This document shows positions 18,575 to 28,031 of a stretch of DNA of 64,000 nt, one piece after another. The number at the start of each line of letters is the position of its first letter. Within the stretch, counting starts at the first letter, position 1. Both the position numbers and the translations under genes were made by a program. Location: the NCBI GenBank assembly GCA_902619825.1, contig CACNFT010000001.1, positions 8,620 through 72,619 on the forward strand. Direction: 5' to 3'. The DNA is from an uncultured Candidatus Actinomarina sp. (GTDB lineage Bacteria > Actinomycetota > Acidimicrobiia > Actinomarinales > Actinomarinaceae). The notes beneath the pieces are model-generated. The model made no database searches. It saw nothing but the letters and a program-made list of their open reading frames with translations, and had not been told where the DNA came from.

Positions 18575-19337
18575 AATATTTTCTGTAAATATAATTTATT
18601 TTTAAATTTAGTTCTTTTTCTAGTTTTTTAACAAATTTTTTCATGCCCGGAATTTCGGTTGATATGTGACCTACTTGTATGAGTCCTAATTTTGCATCGT
18701 CAGCTTTCAATAAGTACCTATGTGAAACATCTCCAGTAATAAATACATCGACTGAGTCAATTATTTCATCAATAAACTGAGTACCAGATCCAGGTAACAC
18801 TGCAATGTTTTGAATTTCTTTCATTTCATTAAAATACTCATTAGTTCGAATTATTTTTGTATTTAGTTTATTTTCGATTTCCTTTTTTAAATCAGCCGGA
18901 GAGATTTTATTGATTGTGCCCTTACGTCCCGCTCCAAAATTATGAACGGAGTTAGCAAATATGGATACATCTGACATTCCAAATAACTCAGCTAATGTTT
19001 CCGCATTGCCTTCTTCGCATACATCTTGAGCGGTATGTATTGAAATTACATTTATTGATGAATCAACAAAACTCTCCGTAATCGGATCAGGTAAATGGGT
19101 TTCAGTATCATTTTCGTCGATTATACGTTTATATGGTGGTGGATGATAAGTAACTACTGTATCAACACTATTGTCTTTGCAGTATTCAAGTAAGGATTTT
19201 TCAAGCTCATGACCTACTGCCAAGTTTTCCACTTGATTACTCTCATCCCCAATCAAAAGACCTACACTATCGTCTTCAAATGCATGATTAAGAGGTGTTA
19301 ATTTATTTATATGCTCAAGAAGAATAGAAACATTCAC
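18567..19337 (-). CDS. Nif3-like dinuclear metal centre protein
   Basis: 256 aa. NIF3 pattern (DSVGLLIGD, TYHPP, HTAQD, GDVSH, GHISTE). Confidence 0.8.
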   Translation of the reverse strand: MNVSILLEHINKLTPLNHAFEDDSVGLLIGDESNQVENLAVGHELEKSLLEYCKDNSVDTVVTYHPPPYKRIIDENDTETHLPDPITESFVDSSINVISIHTAQDVCEEGNAETLAELFGMSDVSIFANSVHNFGAGRKGTINKISPADLKKEIENKLNTKIIRTNEYFNEMKEIQNIAVLPGSGTQFIDEIIDSVDVFITGDVSHRYLLKADDAKLGLIQVGHISTEIPGMKKFVKKLEKELNLKINYIYRKYYE

Positions 19338-19360
19338 TTAATTTATAGTAATAACGATTT

Positions 19361-21952
19361 TTATAAAGTTTTTGCAGTTTTCCTATTATGGTAATTTGCC
19401 CAGATTACTAGAAATGTTGGAAGAATCATAAGTGATGCAATCAATGCAAAGCCAATAGAAACTAGAATAACAGTTCCCATTTGTTGAAACGGAACTAAGG
19501 AAGACGTAGTTAAAATACCAAATCCTGCCATGGTTGTAAATGCACTACCAAATAAGGATCCTCCCGTAGTTTTTAATGTTGTCCTGATGGCTTCAACAGG
19601 TTCAATACCTGAAGAGATTGTTTCTCTAAATCTATTTGTTACATGAATTACAAACGGAACACCAATACCAATTGCCAATCCTGATAATGTGGAGGTTACA
19701 GGGTTGAGTGGTATGTCTAAGAGATACATACCCATATAAGTTCCAAGTACAATTGCTGCTACTGGGAGTACTGTTATCACACCTAAGAAAGGTCTTCTCA
19801 TATCAATCAAATAATATAGGACTAAAAATATCATTGAAGCTAAGATTGCAAACACCAAAGATTGAAATTGTGATGAGTTAATTAGTTCATTGACACTTTC
19901 TGTGACTATATTATCTGATGTAACACCAACAAATATTCCAAGGTCTGAAAGTGGTGCAAAAGCAGTATATAAATCATCCCTAATTTGGGCAGCTCCAGAT
20001 GTTCCTGCAGAGGTTGTAATTCTTACTTGCATAGCTGAGATTAAATCATTTTCATTTACATATAAGCTAGTACTAAACGTATCTTCGTCTGTTTCAAGTA
20101 AATATGTATATAAACCTTCTACATCACCACTGGTGCTGACCTTTAATGCATCTAATCCTTGTCCACTCATAATTTGAACGCCATAAGTTCCTAACTGACC
20201 AATTAAAGCCATATCAGGCATTGGTGGAGGTGCTTGAGGATTTGCTGAAGGTGGAACTAACATAGCACCAAGAGATCCTACAACTGATTCAGCGGCTGCA
20301 TTCCCAGCAAAAACTAATACATTTTCAACATCTGATAGATTACTTAAAGAATCGATCAAAGCATTATGAATTTCAGGTGTAGCGACATTGTCTGATTCAA
20401 TTAATACACTTGTAGTTTCTCCAAATCCTCCACCAAATTCATCTTGTAAAGTATTAAATGTTTTAACAGTTGGACTATCTGAAGGTAAGAAATCTGTAAA
20501 ATTGAACACTGTTGATATGTTTGTAAAACTATAGTAACCATATCCACCAATTCCTAAAATTAATGCAACTGCGATAATCTTGAGTCGTTTAGGAATTATT
20601 GAAGTTGCTTCTGACAATTTGTTAAACAGTTTTTCTCCAGATGATGCAAATGCATCGGTATCAATTGTGTTTTTTCGTTCTGATCTCATATCAAGTAATG
20701 TTCTTATAGCTGGAACGAGAGTCATTACCAAAATAAATGCATAAAAAATACCTAATGCAGTTGTTATTCCAAAATCCTGAAGTTGAGTTAGTGGTGAGAC
20801 AATATTTGTCAAAAACCCAACCATTGTTCCTAACGTTGCAAGCGTTAAAGCAATTCCAACGGAACTTAATGTTTTGGAAGCAGATGTATTTACTGAGTTT
20901 TTTAAACCTAATTCTTCTCTATACCTTCCAGTAAAGTGAATTGCGTAGTCTACCCCTAAACCAAGGATGATGATTGTTGAAATCTGTGAAAGTTGATTAG
21001 GGGCTCCAATAATATCTAAATAGCCTGGTCCAAGTACTACACCAATTCCTTGCATCCATAATATAGCTAGCATTATTGCAGCCAAACTATTGAATATATC
21101 TGCAAATGTCCTTCTAGATGATTTAAAAAATCCAAATGTTTTTGTTGGTTTTATAAAGAAAATAAATGCAAGAACTAAAAAGATAATGCCAAAAGCTGCT
21201 CCAAAAAGCTGTGCTACTTCTTCTAAAAAGTCATCCTGTTCATCACCAAATAGCAATGCTAAAGAAAATCCAGCAATATCAATATTTTCAAAGTCATCAC
21301 TTAGCTCAAGTAATTCTTTATTTAATTCATTTTCTAGTCTTGGTTGAACTTCAAAAGCTCCATCAAATCCGTATTCACCTTGTATAATTGCCGAATTAAT
21401 AGTTATTATTCCTAATCCTGCAGTTGCTGTTACTGCTTCTTCATCATATGAACTAGAAAGTAAAGCTGAGGCAAATTGTTGAAACTCTGGCGGCATTTGT
21501 GCTGATGTATTTTTATAAAGCTGCTTAAACTGTTCATCTGTCAAACTACTCACATCTAACATTGGATTAAATGCTTTAGCCACATCTATTGGTGCAAAAA
21601 AACCTTGAACTAAGCCTTGGTTTGGATCATTAACTAGATATTGATACAATTCACTTTTTTTTATAACTTCTACGGCTGCAGTATAAGTTTCGTAACCTTC
21701 AACAGTGAGAACATCTTCTCCTTCAAAAACAAGTTGTAAAACACTTTGAGTACCGGATCCACCAAAATAATCAGAAAGCTTTCCTTGAGCTTCTATTTCT
21801 GGTGTATCAATTTCACCGCCAAACCCAGTATCTAACTCTTCTGCTTGAGTGGTCATATACCCAAAGAAGCCAGTTATACCAAGAATGACGATTATCGTAA
21901 TCACTGGAAATTTAGTGGCTGCTGATGAGAAGAAATTTGTTAATAATTTCAT
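19361..21952 (-). CDS. MMPL/RND-superfamily membrane transporter
   Basis: 863 aa. Two 6-TM bundles each preceded by a large extracytoplasmic domain. MMPL-type motifs (GVDYAIHF). Confidence 0.8.
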   Translation of the reverse strand: MKLLTNFFSSAATKFPVITIIVILGITGFFGYMTTQAEELDTGFGGEIDTPEIEAQGKLSDYFGGSGTQSVLQLVFEGEDVLTVEGYETYTAAVEVIKKSELYQYLVNDPNQGLVQGFFAPIDVAKAFNPMLDVSSLTDEQFKQLYKNTSAQMPPEFQQFASALLSSSYDEEAVTATAGLGIITINSAIIQGEYGFDGAFEVQPRLENELNKELLELSDDFENIDIAGFSLALLFGDEQDDFLEEVAQLFGAAFGIIFLVLAFIFFIKPTKTFGFFKSSRRTFADIFNSLAAIMLAILWMQGIGVVLGPGYLDIIGAPNQLSQISTIIILGLGVDYAIHFTGRYREELGLKNSVNTSASKTLSSVGIALTLATLGTMVGFLTNIVSPLTQLQDFGITTALGIFYAFILVMTLVPAIRTLLDMRSERKNTIDTDAFASSGEKLFNKLSEATSIIPKRLKIIAVALILGIGGYGYYSFTNISTVFNFTDFLPSDSPTVKTFNTLQDEFGGGFGETTSVLIESDNVATPEIHNALIDSLSNLSDVENVLVFAGNAAAESVVGSLGAMLVPPSANPQAPPPMPDMALIGQLGTYGVQIMSGQGLDALKVSTSGDVEGLYTYLLETDEDTFSTSLYVNENDLISAMQVRITTSAGTSGAAQIRDDLYTAFAPLSDLGIFVGVTSDNIVTESVNELINSSQFQSLVFAILASMIFLVLYYLIDMRRPFLGVITVLPVAAIVLGTYMGMYLLDIPLNPVTSTLSGLAIGIGVPFVIHVTNRFRETISSGIEPVEAIRTTLKTTGGSLFGSAFTTMAGFGILTTSSLVPFQQMGTVILVSIGFALIASLMILPTFLVIWANYHNRKTAKTL

Positions 21953-22051
21953 AAAACTATCTTATAAAGCATTATCAAATATTAAACACTGTAATGATTT
22001 ACTTGTACTTATAAGATTAAAAGTTTGTTAAATATTTATTGAAAATTTACA

Positions 22052-22057
22052 TATAAT
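22052..22057 (+). promoter_or_regulatory. candidate -10 box (TATAAT) placing the TSS on the ATG at 22064 (leaderless mRNA)
   Basis: TATAAT at 22052-22057, then 6 nt (tgtagg), then ATG. No properly spaced SD or -35 element. Confidence 0.3.
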
Positions 22058-22063
22058 TGTAGG

Positions 22064-23224
22064 ATGAAAAAGTTGGGCCTTTTTTTTATATTACTATTTT
22101 TGTTTATTCAATCACCAGTATTGGCACATGATGGAGAAAGTGAATTAAAGAATAACAAAAAATTCAATGGTATTGAGAATTACGACGTAATTACTATTTC
22201 ACAACCAGGAGTTCTTTATTACAGTGTTACAAATCAGATTTTAGAATCAGTGAATAATCTAAAAAGTAATGTTACTTTCATCGGTAGGGCAAATATCGGA
22301 CTTGAAAAAATAATTGATACAAGTAATCAAGAATCATTAAAAACAGATGAAGACTACCTTTACAGTTTGTCTATAAAAACAATTGAAAGTAAGTATGCAA
22401 ATTTATTTTACAGTAATCAAATAACTGAATTAATTCAAAAAAATAAAATTATAGTTTCAGAATTTACTGCAGAACAATATTCCATAAATGTCGGTGACAC
22501 TTTAGTTTTGGTTGGAATGAATGAAGTCACATTTGAAATAGAAGTAGGTGAAATTGTTCCTGATGCTGAACTTGGATGGTTTGAGGCAGTTGTAAACAAA
22601 GAAGTAGGGTATCAACTTGGTATAAATAGAAATATTCAAGCAATAATTTGGGATAACAAAGTAAGTGAAAATCATTTTGTCGAGTTATACAAAAATATAG
22701 AATACAAACAACTTAGAGTAACTTTTAAAGATGCTAAGCCAAACAAAAATTGGGTATTGCCGACAGCACTTGTTAAGAAATATTTTGGAGACTTTCAAAT
22801 TAAAGAAAAAGATGGGACTTGGATAATTGTGGAACCAGCATGGAGAAATGCAAACATAGAAAGAAAAAATATGCCAATTATTGGAAGAACTACATGTAAT
22901 AAGATTATGTGGGAGCCTCTTTTAGGTGCGCTTAATCAGGTCATGGAAGAGGGCTTACAGAATACATTATCTAAAGATGAATTTCAAAAATCTGGTGGGT
23001 GCTATGCTCCAAGACGTATAAATAGATTTAATGCTGGTGGTGCAATTTCACGACACGCATGGGGAATAGCGATAGATATAAATGTAAAATCAGGATATCA
23101 CCCGAGAGTAGTTCAAATATTCAATCAATGGGGATTTGCTTGGGGTGGTACATGGACATCACCTGATGAGATGCACTTTGAACTGAGAGATTTGTCACCC
23201 AGTATTTCTCAAACCGGCAGCTAA
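22064..23224 (+). CDS. secreted peptidase M15 (VanY / D-Ala-D-Ala carboxypeptidase-like) with an N-terminal domain of unknown function
   Basis: 386 aa. Signal peptide, then C-terminal SRHAWGIAIDIN...WGFAWGGTW...DEMHFE (Zn-binding H-x6-D...H). Confidence 0.75.
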   Translation: MKKLGLFFILLFLFIQSPVLAHDGESELKNNKKFNGIENYDVITISQPGVLYYSVTNQILESVNNLKSNVTFIGRANIGLEKIIDTSNQESLKTDEDYLYSLSIKTIESKYANLFYSNQITELIQKNKIIVSEFTAEQYSINVGDTLVLVGMNEVTFEIEVGEIVPDAELGWFEAVVNKEVGYQLGINRNIQAIIWDNKVSENHFVELYKNIEYKQLRVTFKDAKPNKNWVLPTALVKKYFGDFQIKEKDGTWIIVEPAWRNANIERKNMPIIGRTTCNKIMWEPLLGALNQVMEEGLQNTLSKDEFQKSGGCYAPRRINRFNAGGAISRHAWGIAIDINVKSGYHPRVVQIFNQWGFAWGGTWTSPDEMHFELRDLSPSISQTGS

Positions 23225-25663
23225 TCCATTTACTGAAAGAAGTAAGGAAGTTTTTTCATAATCTGTTAATTCGTTATTCTGTAATTTTTGCAATAAGAAA
23301 ACCTGAATGAGCGATAAAGGATCAAGGTAAGTATCTCTAATTGCTAAAGTGTTTTTTAAAATTTTATTTGAATCAAGTAACTCTTTTGACTTTGTAATCA
23401 GTTTTACACTCCTTTCAACTTTCAATGATTCTTCGACAATATTCTCGTATAGATAAGTAATTTCTTTTTCAACAAGATTTTCAGTGTAGAACCGTGAGAT
23501 ATTTAAATCTGTCTTAGCTAGTGTCATTTCAATATTGCTTAACAAATTTTGAAAAAATGAAGATGAGTTGTATATTTTTCTTACTTCATTTATTCCATAT
23601 CTATTTATTAATTCTTCTAGAGCTGAACCTGAACCATACCAACCTGTAATTGTTTGTCGAGTTTGAGCCCAACCAAAGACCCAAGGTATTGCTCTATAAT
23701 TTTTAACAGAACTTACTCTAGATCTTTTAGAAGGTCTAGATCCAATATTTAACACAGATAAGAGATTTACTGGCGTTACGGATTCAAAATAGTAAATTAA
23801 ATTTTTATCATTAATAAAAGAGTTATATTTTTGGGAAGATAATTTAGAAAGTTCATCAAGAAAAGTATGTTCATATTTAATTTCATGTTTCTTTGTTTTA
23901 TTTGCTTTAAAGAATGCAAATAAACCAAGTTTTAAATTTTCTATCGCAAGATTGACTGTTGAGTACTTGTCAGAAATAACTTCGCCTTGTTCGGTGTATC
24001 TTATTATATTTTTGATTGTTCCTTTAGGTTGTGACAAAATTGAATTATATGTAGGTCCTCCTCCCCTACTTATAGTTCCACCTCTGCCGTGAAAAAATGA
24101 AATATTAATATTATGTCTCTGACCAGTATTAAATAAAGCAATTTGGGATTTATATACTGACCATTGCGAAGACACTATTCCACCATCTTTATTTGAATCT
24201 GAGTAACCAAGCATTATCTCCTGATTATTATTGAAATTTAGTAAATGGGTTTTGTATTCTTTATTATCAAAAAGATTTGAAATTATATTATGAGATTCTT
24301 CTAAATCATCAATTTCCTCAAATAATGGGATGAGCATCGGAATATCCGATTTATTTTTAATTAATTTTCTACAAAATTTAAATAAATCTAACAAATCATT
24401 TTCGTTTTTAGTCATTGATAAAATTATTGAACTAATTACTGTATCTCCATATATTTTTTTCCATTCTGGTATCCGTTTAATTAGATTTGTAAATTCGGAA
24501 TATTGTTTTTTGAAATTTTCTTTAAATCTAAATACATCTGCATTTTCTCTTATATCCATTTCGACACCATGAAATTTAAATTGATTCACATAATCAACAA
24601 AATTTCTTAAATCTAAAGATGGAGAATTATTCTTAAAACATTTATTTACTTCAGTCTCAAATAAATTTAGATCTTCCTGAAATTCGCTAAAGTAATTATA
24701 TCCTTTTTTATTCTTCTGAAAATTGTCTAGTCTATGAAAAACAAGTGAAAGAAATATTCTAAATGGTTCATCAAAATTTATTTTTGTATAGTGACGATAT
24801 TCTTTATTCAAAACATTTGAATATTCTTTAATCTTTGACTTTAGTAATTTAGGCTCATCTGCATATAAAGTTGAGATACTAAAACTCTCTGATAGATTAA
24901 TTATTTTTTCTTTATAAATTTGAATGATTTGATTTGAATAAATTTTTAAAGCTTCCTCGGTAACTTTTAATGTAACAAATGGGTTTCCGTCTCTATCTCC
25001 ACCTATCCAAGTACCCAACCTTATTATGTCTTTCTGAGCTATATTATTTTCGGCGAATGTCTTGTTAAGTTCATCGTAAACATCTGTATATAAATTGTTT
25101 AGATAATATAAAAGAGTTTTAACTTCATCAATAGGATTTGGTTTAGTTGACCTTACTTCTCGGGTATACCAAAGTTGGGTAATTAAATTATTTATTTCAT
25201 CTAAATCACTTGATTTATTTTCAGAAATGATATTTCCAATTTTGTAAAGCTTTTTTAAAGTTGATTGTCTTGCGCTCTCAGTGGGGTGTGCGGTAAAGAC
25301 TGGTGAGAATATTAGACTTTCCTTATTCTTATCTAAATCATTTTTATCAATTTTATACTCAAATTTTTCTCTAAATACTTGTTCTGCAATATTCGAAAGA
25401 TAAAAAAATAATGTGAATGATTTGGTTAGGATTAGAAGTTCGTTTTCATCTAAGGTCTTTAATCTTTCGTAAATTAAATTTAAAAATTTAGAATTTTTTG
25501 ACGATCTATATCTTTTTGAATTTACTCTTATTTCTTCAACTAATTCATATTTACTGTCACCAGACTGCTGTTTAATTACGTTACCTAATTCACTTCCAAG
25601 AATATTTATAGTTTGTGATAAAGTGCTGAATTCTGGTTTTATTTTAGATTCTTTCTGCATCAT
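23195..25663 (-). CDS. ppc: phosphoenolpyruvate carboxylase (short form)
   Basis: 822 aa. VFTAHPTE, GYSDSNKDGG, FHGRGGTISRGGGP, canonical C-terminus ...LRNTG. Confidence 0.93.
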   Translation of the reverse strand: MMQKESKIKPEFSTLSQTINILGSELGNVIKQQSGDSKYELVEEIRVNSKRYRSSKNSKFLNLIYERLKTLDENELLILTKSFTLFFYLSNIAEQVFREKFEYKIDKNDLDKNKESLIFSPVFTAHPTESARQSTLKKLYKIGNIISENKSSDLDEINNLITQLWYTREVRSTKPNPIDEVKTLLYYLNNLYTDVYDELNKTFAENNIAQKDIIRLGTWIGGDRDGNPFVTLKVTEEALKIYSNQIIQIYKEKIINLSESFSISTLYADEPKLLKSKIKEYSNVLNKEYRHYTKINFDEPFRIFLSLVFHRLDNFQKNKKGYNYFSEFQEDLNLFETEVNKCFKNNSPSLDLRNFVDYVNQFKFHGVEMDIRENADVFRFKENFKKQYSEFTNLIKRIPEWKKIYGDTVISSIILSMTKNENDLLDLFKFCRKLIKNKSDIPMLIPLFEEIDDLEESHNIISNLFDNKEYKTHLLNFNNNQEIMLGYSDSNKDGGIVSSQWSVYKSQIALFNTGQRHNINISFFHGRGGTISRGGGPTYNSILSQPKGTIKNIIRYTEQGEVISDKYSTVNLAIENLKLGLFAFFKANKTKKHEIKYEHTFLDELSKLSSQKYNSFINDKNLIYYFESVTPVNLLSVLNIGSRPSKRSRVSSVKNYRAIPWVFGWAQTRQTITGWYGSGSALEELINRYGINEVRKIYNSSSFFQNLLSNIEMTLAKTDLNISRFYTENLVEKEITYLYENIVEESLKVERSVKLITKSKELLDSNKILKNTLAIRDTYLDPLSLIQVFLLQKLQNNELTDYEKTSLLLSVNGLAAGLRNTG

Positions 25664-26906
25664 CTATAAATTCGCTACCTGTTGCATCAAAAATTGGTAC
25701 ATTTATTTTTGAAAAATTAATGGATGAAAATTCTGAATGTGGAGTATGCATTAATAACATATCATATTCTTCAAAATTTTCCTGAGAAGTTTCCTTATTA
25801 ACCTCCTTATTATCAACTATCAAAGAATCAACAAATGGGTCATAAAATGATATTTCAACACCCTTAGACTTAAAGTTTTCAATTATATCTAGAGCCGGAG
25901 ATTCTCTGGTGTCGCTTATGTCTTTTTTGTATGCAACTCCAAAGATTAAAATTTTTGAATTTTTCATTGGTTTTTCTAACACATTCATTCTTTCAATTAT
26001 TCGGTTCACAACATAAGCAGGCATAGAATTGTTGATTTCCTGAGCAAGTTCAACAAATCTTACAGGTTTACCTATTTGTCTTGTTTTAAATGACAAATAT
26101 TTTGGATCTATAGGTATGCAATGGCCACCTACACCAGGTCCAGGTCTAAATGATTCAAATCCAAATGGTTTTGTTTTTGCTGCCTCGACAACTTCCCAAA
26201 TATCAATTTCTAACATATTGCACAAAATTGCAAGTTCATTAATAAGCGCGATATTCACCTGTCTGTAAGTATTTTCAAGAAGTTTTACCATTTCAGCTTC
26301 TTTGGTTCCAGATACAACAACAACGGTATCAATAATTTTTTCATAAAAAGATTTAATTTTTGATAGTGAATCATCATTGATCCCACTTACTACTTTTGGA
26401 GTATTTTTGAAATTCCATTCTTTATTTCCTGGATCAATTCTCTCTGGCGAATATCCAAAAAAGATATCCTCACCTGGTTTAAGATCTGATATTTTTTGAA
26501 TTTCAGGTATTAGTATCTCTAACGTAGTACCGGGGTAAGTCGTTGACTCAAGAATAATAATTTGTCCTTTAACAACATTTTTTGCTATTTCTTGAGCTGC
26601 ATTAATTACATAACTTAAGTCAGGTTTGAAATCTGTAAGTGGAGTTGGAACACTTATAACAATGTGCTCACAATCTCTTAATGACTTAGAATCGTCTGAA
26701 AATATCAGACCCGAATCAATTGATAAATTCAATGTTTTGTCACTAATATCTTCAATCGGCGAGACACCTTGATTTAGTTTTATTACTTTTTCAGAATTTA
26801 TATCATATCCAAAGACTTTTAGTCCAGCATCTATAGAATAAACTGCCAAGGGAAGACCGACGTATCCAAGTCCAATTATTCCTAAATCATATTTAAATTT
26901 ACTCAT
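25644..26906 (-). CDS. wecC: UDP-N-acetyl-D-mannosamine / UDP-N-acetylhexosamine 6-dehydrogenase (nucleotide-sugar dehydrogenase family)
   Basis: Start moved to the ATG at 26906 (MSKFKYDLGIIGLGYVGLP), an ATGAGTAA overlap with the wecB stop. GGHCIP catalytic Cys motif. Adjacent to a 2-epimerase. Confidence 0.75.
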   Translation of the reverse strand: MSKFKYDLGIIGLGYVGLPLAVYSIDAGLKVFGYDINSEKVIKLNQGVSPIEDISDKTLNLSIDSGLIFSDDSKSLRDCEHIVISVPTPLTDFKPDLSYVINAAQEIAKNVVKGQIIILESTTYPGTTLEILIPEIQKISDLKPGEDIFFGYSPERIDPGNKEWNFKNTPKVVSGINDDSLSKIKSFYEKIIDTVVVVSGTKEAEMVKLLENTYRQVNIALINELAILCNMLEIDIWEVVEAAKTKPFGFESFRPGPGVGGHCIPIDPKYLSFKTRQIGKPVRFVELAQEINNSMPAYVVNRIIERMNVLEKPMKNSKILIFGVAYKKDISDTRESPALDIIENFKSKGVEISFYDPFVDSLIVDNKEVNKETSQENFEEYDMLLMHTPHSEFSSINFSKINVPIFDATGSEFIDDAERI

Positions 26907-27978
26907 ATAACTCTTTATAGATTCTTTCAGATGTTTTACCATCCCAGAATTTAATTTTTGTACCTTTTGAAAGTTTACTCTTGATAGTGGTATTTATTTC
27001 ATAAATTATTTTTTCTGTCTCAATACCAATTACTTTATTTGTACCTTCAGAGACAGTTATTGGTCTTTCAGTTTCATTTCTTAATGTAAGACACTTAACA
27101 TTTAAATGTGTTGTTTCTTCTTGAAGTCCGCCTGAATCAGTCAAAACTAAATCAGAACTACTTACAAGACCAAGAAAATCAATGTATGAGAGCGGGTTTA
27201 AAATAAATATATTTTCGTGTTCGATATCATTATCATTTATATATTTCTTTAATCTTGGATGAGCTGGTAGCACAATCTGATATTCATTACTAAATTCTTT
27301 GAGGCCTGCAAATATCTTTGCTAAATTTTCATCGGATAGATTTGATGGCCTATGTATCGTGACAACAAAATATTTGCCGGTGATGTTTAACTTTTCTTTA
27401 ATTTGATCAGAAGATTGTAATATTTTTTCCAAATTTTTTTCAAGTGTATCAATCATAATATTTCCAACGTTACCGATATATTTTGCTGACAAATTTTCAG
27501 AATTTAGATTATCTACAGCATCATCTGATGGAGCAAATAAATAATCGCTTATGGAATCTACCATTATTCTGTTGCGTTCTTCTGGCATATCCATATTTCG
27601 TGATCTCAAACCAGATTCAACATGAAATAACTCCATTTTTTTATTTTTCGTAGAGATAGCTGCGGCAAGAGTTGATGTAACATCGCCAAATACACCAACA
27701 TATTTTGATTTATTTGTGTCAAACAATGTATCTAATTTATCAACGATATAAGTAGTTTGTTTGTTGATGTTTGTTGTTGGAGTATCAAGATAAATGTCAG
27801 GTTCACGAATATTTAAATCTTCAAAAATATTTGAGGACATACTTTTATCTTTATGTTGTCCCGTATGAATAAAAAGAGTATCTATTTTATTTTCTTCAAA
27901 ATATTCAAGTAATGGTGCAGCTTTAATGAAGTTTGGTCTAGTACCAACAACTAATATTGCGTCATAATTTTTTATCAC
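26899..27978 (-). CDS. wecB: UDP-N-acetylglucosamine 2-epimerase (non-hydrolysing)
   Basis: 359 aa. GTRPNFIKAAPL, HVESGLRS...MPEERNR, DSGGLQEE. Confidence 0.88.
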   Translation of the reverse strand: MIKNYDAILVVGTRPNFIKAAPLLEYFEENKIDTLFIHTGQHKDKSMSSNIFEDLNIREPDIYLDTPTTNINKQTTYIVDKLDTLFDTNKSKYVGVFGDVTSTLAAAISTKNKKMELFHVESGLRSRNMDMPEERNRIMVDSISDYLFAPSDDAVDNLNSENLSAKYIGNVGNIMIDTLEKNLEKILQSSDQIKEKLNITGKYFVVTIHRPSNLSDENLAKIFAGLKEFSNEYQIVLPAHPRLKKYINDNDIEHENIFILNPLSYIDFLGLVSSSDLVLTDSGGLQEETTHLNVKCLTLRNETERPITVSEGTNKVIGIETEKIIYEINTTIKSKLSKGTKIKFWDGKTSERIYKELYE

Positions 27979-28031
27979 TACTTTATGATTTTAGTCATAG
28001 TATTAATGCTTAATGAACAACTATTATTGAA

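Noticed and set aside
21849-22031. 60-aa plus-strand ORF across the MMPL start and the divergent promoter region
   Set aside because: It overlaps the MMPL N-terminus in antisense, has no motif support, and the region is better explained as promoter DNA.
22025-22044. -35-like hexamers (TTGTTA at 22025-22030, TTGAAA at 22039-22044) upstream of the TATAAT at 22052
   Set aside because: The spacers would be 21 nt and 7 nt, neither compatible with a sigma-70-type 16-18 nt spacer. Only the -10 element is reported, at low confidence.
25644-25663. 20-nt overlap between the wecC-like stop and the ppc start as a sign of mis-annotation
   Set aside because: Both ORFs are strongly supported by motifs. 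ppc could start at its second Met (MQKES...) with almost the same overlap. Such overlaps are the norm throughout this window.
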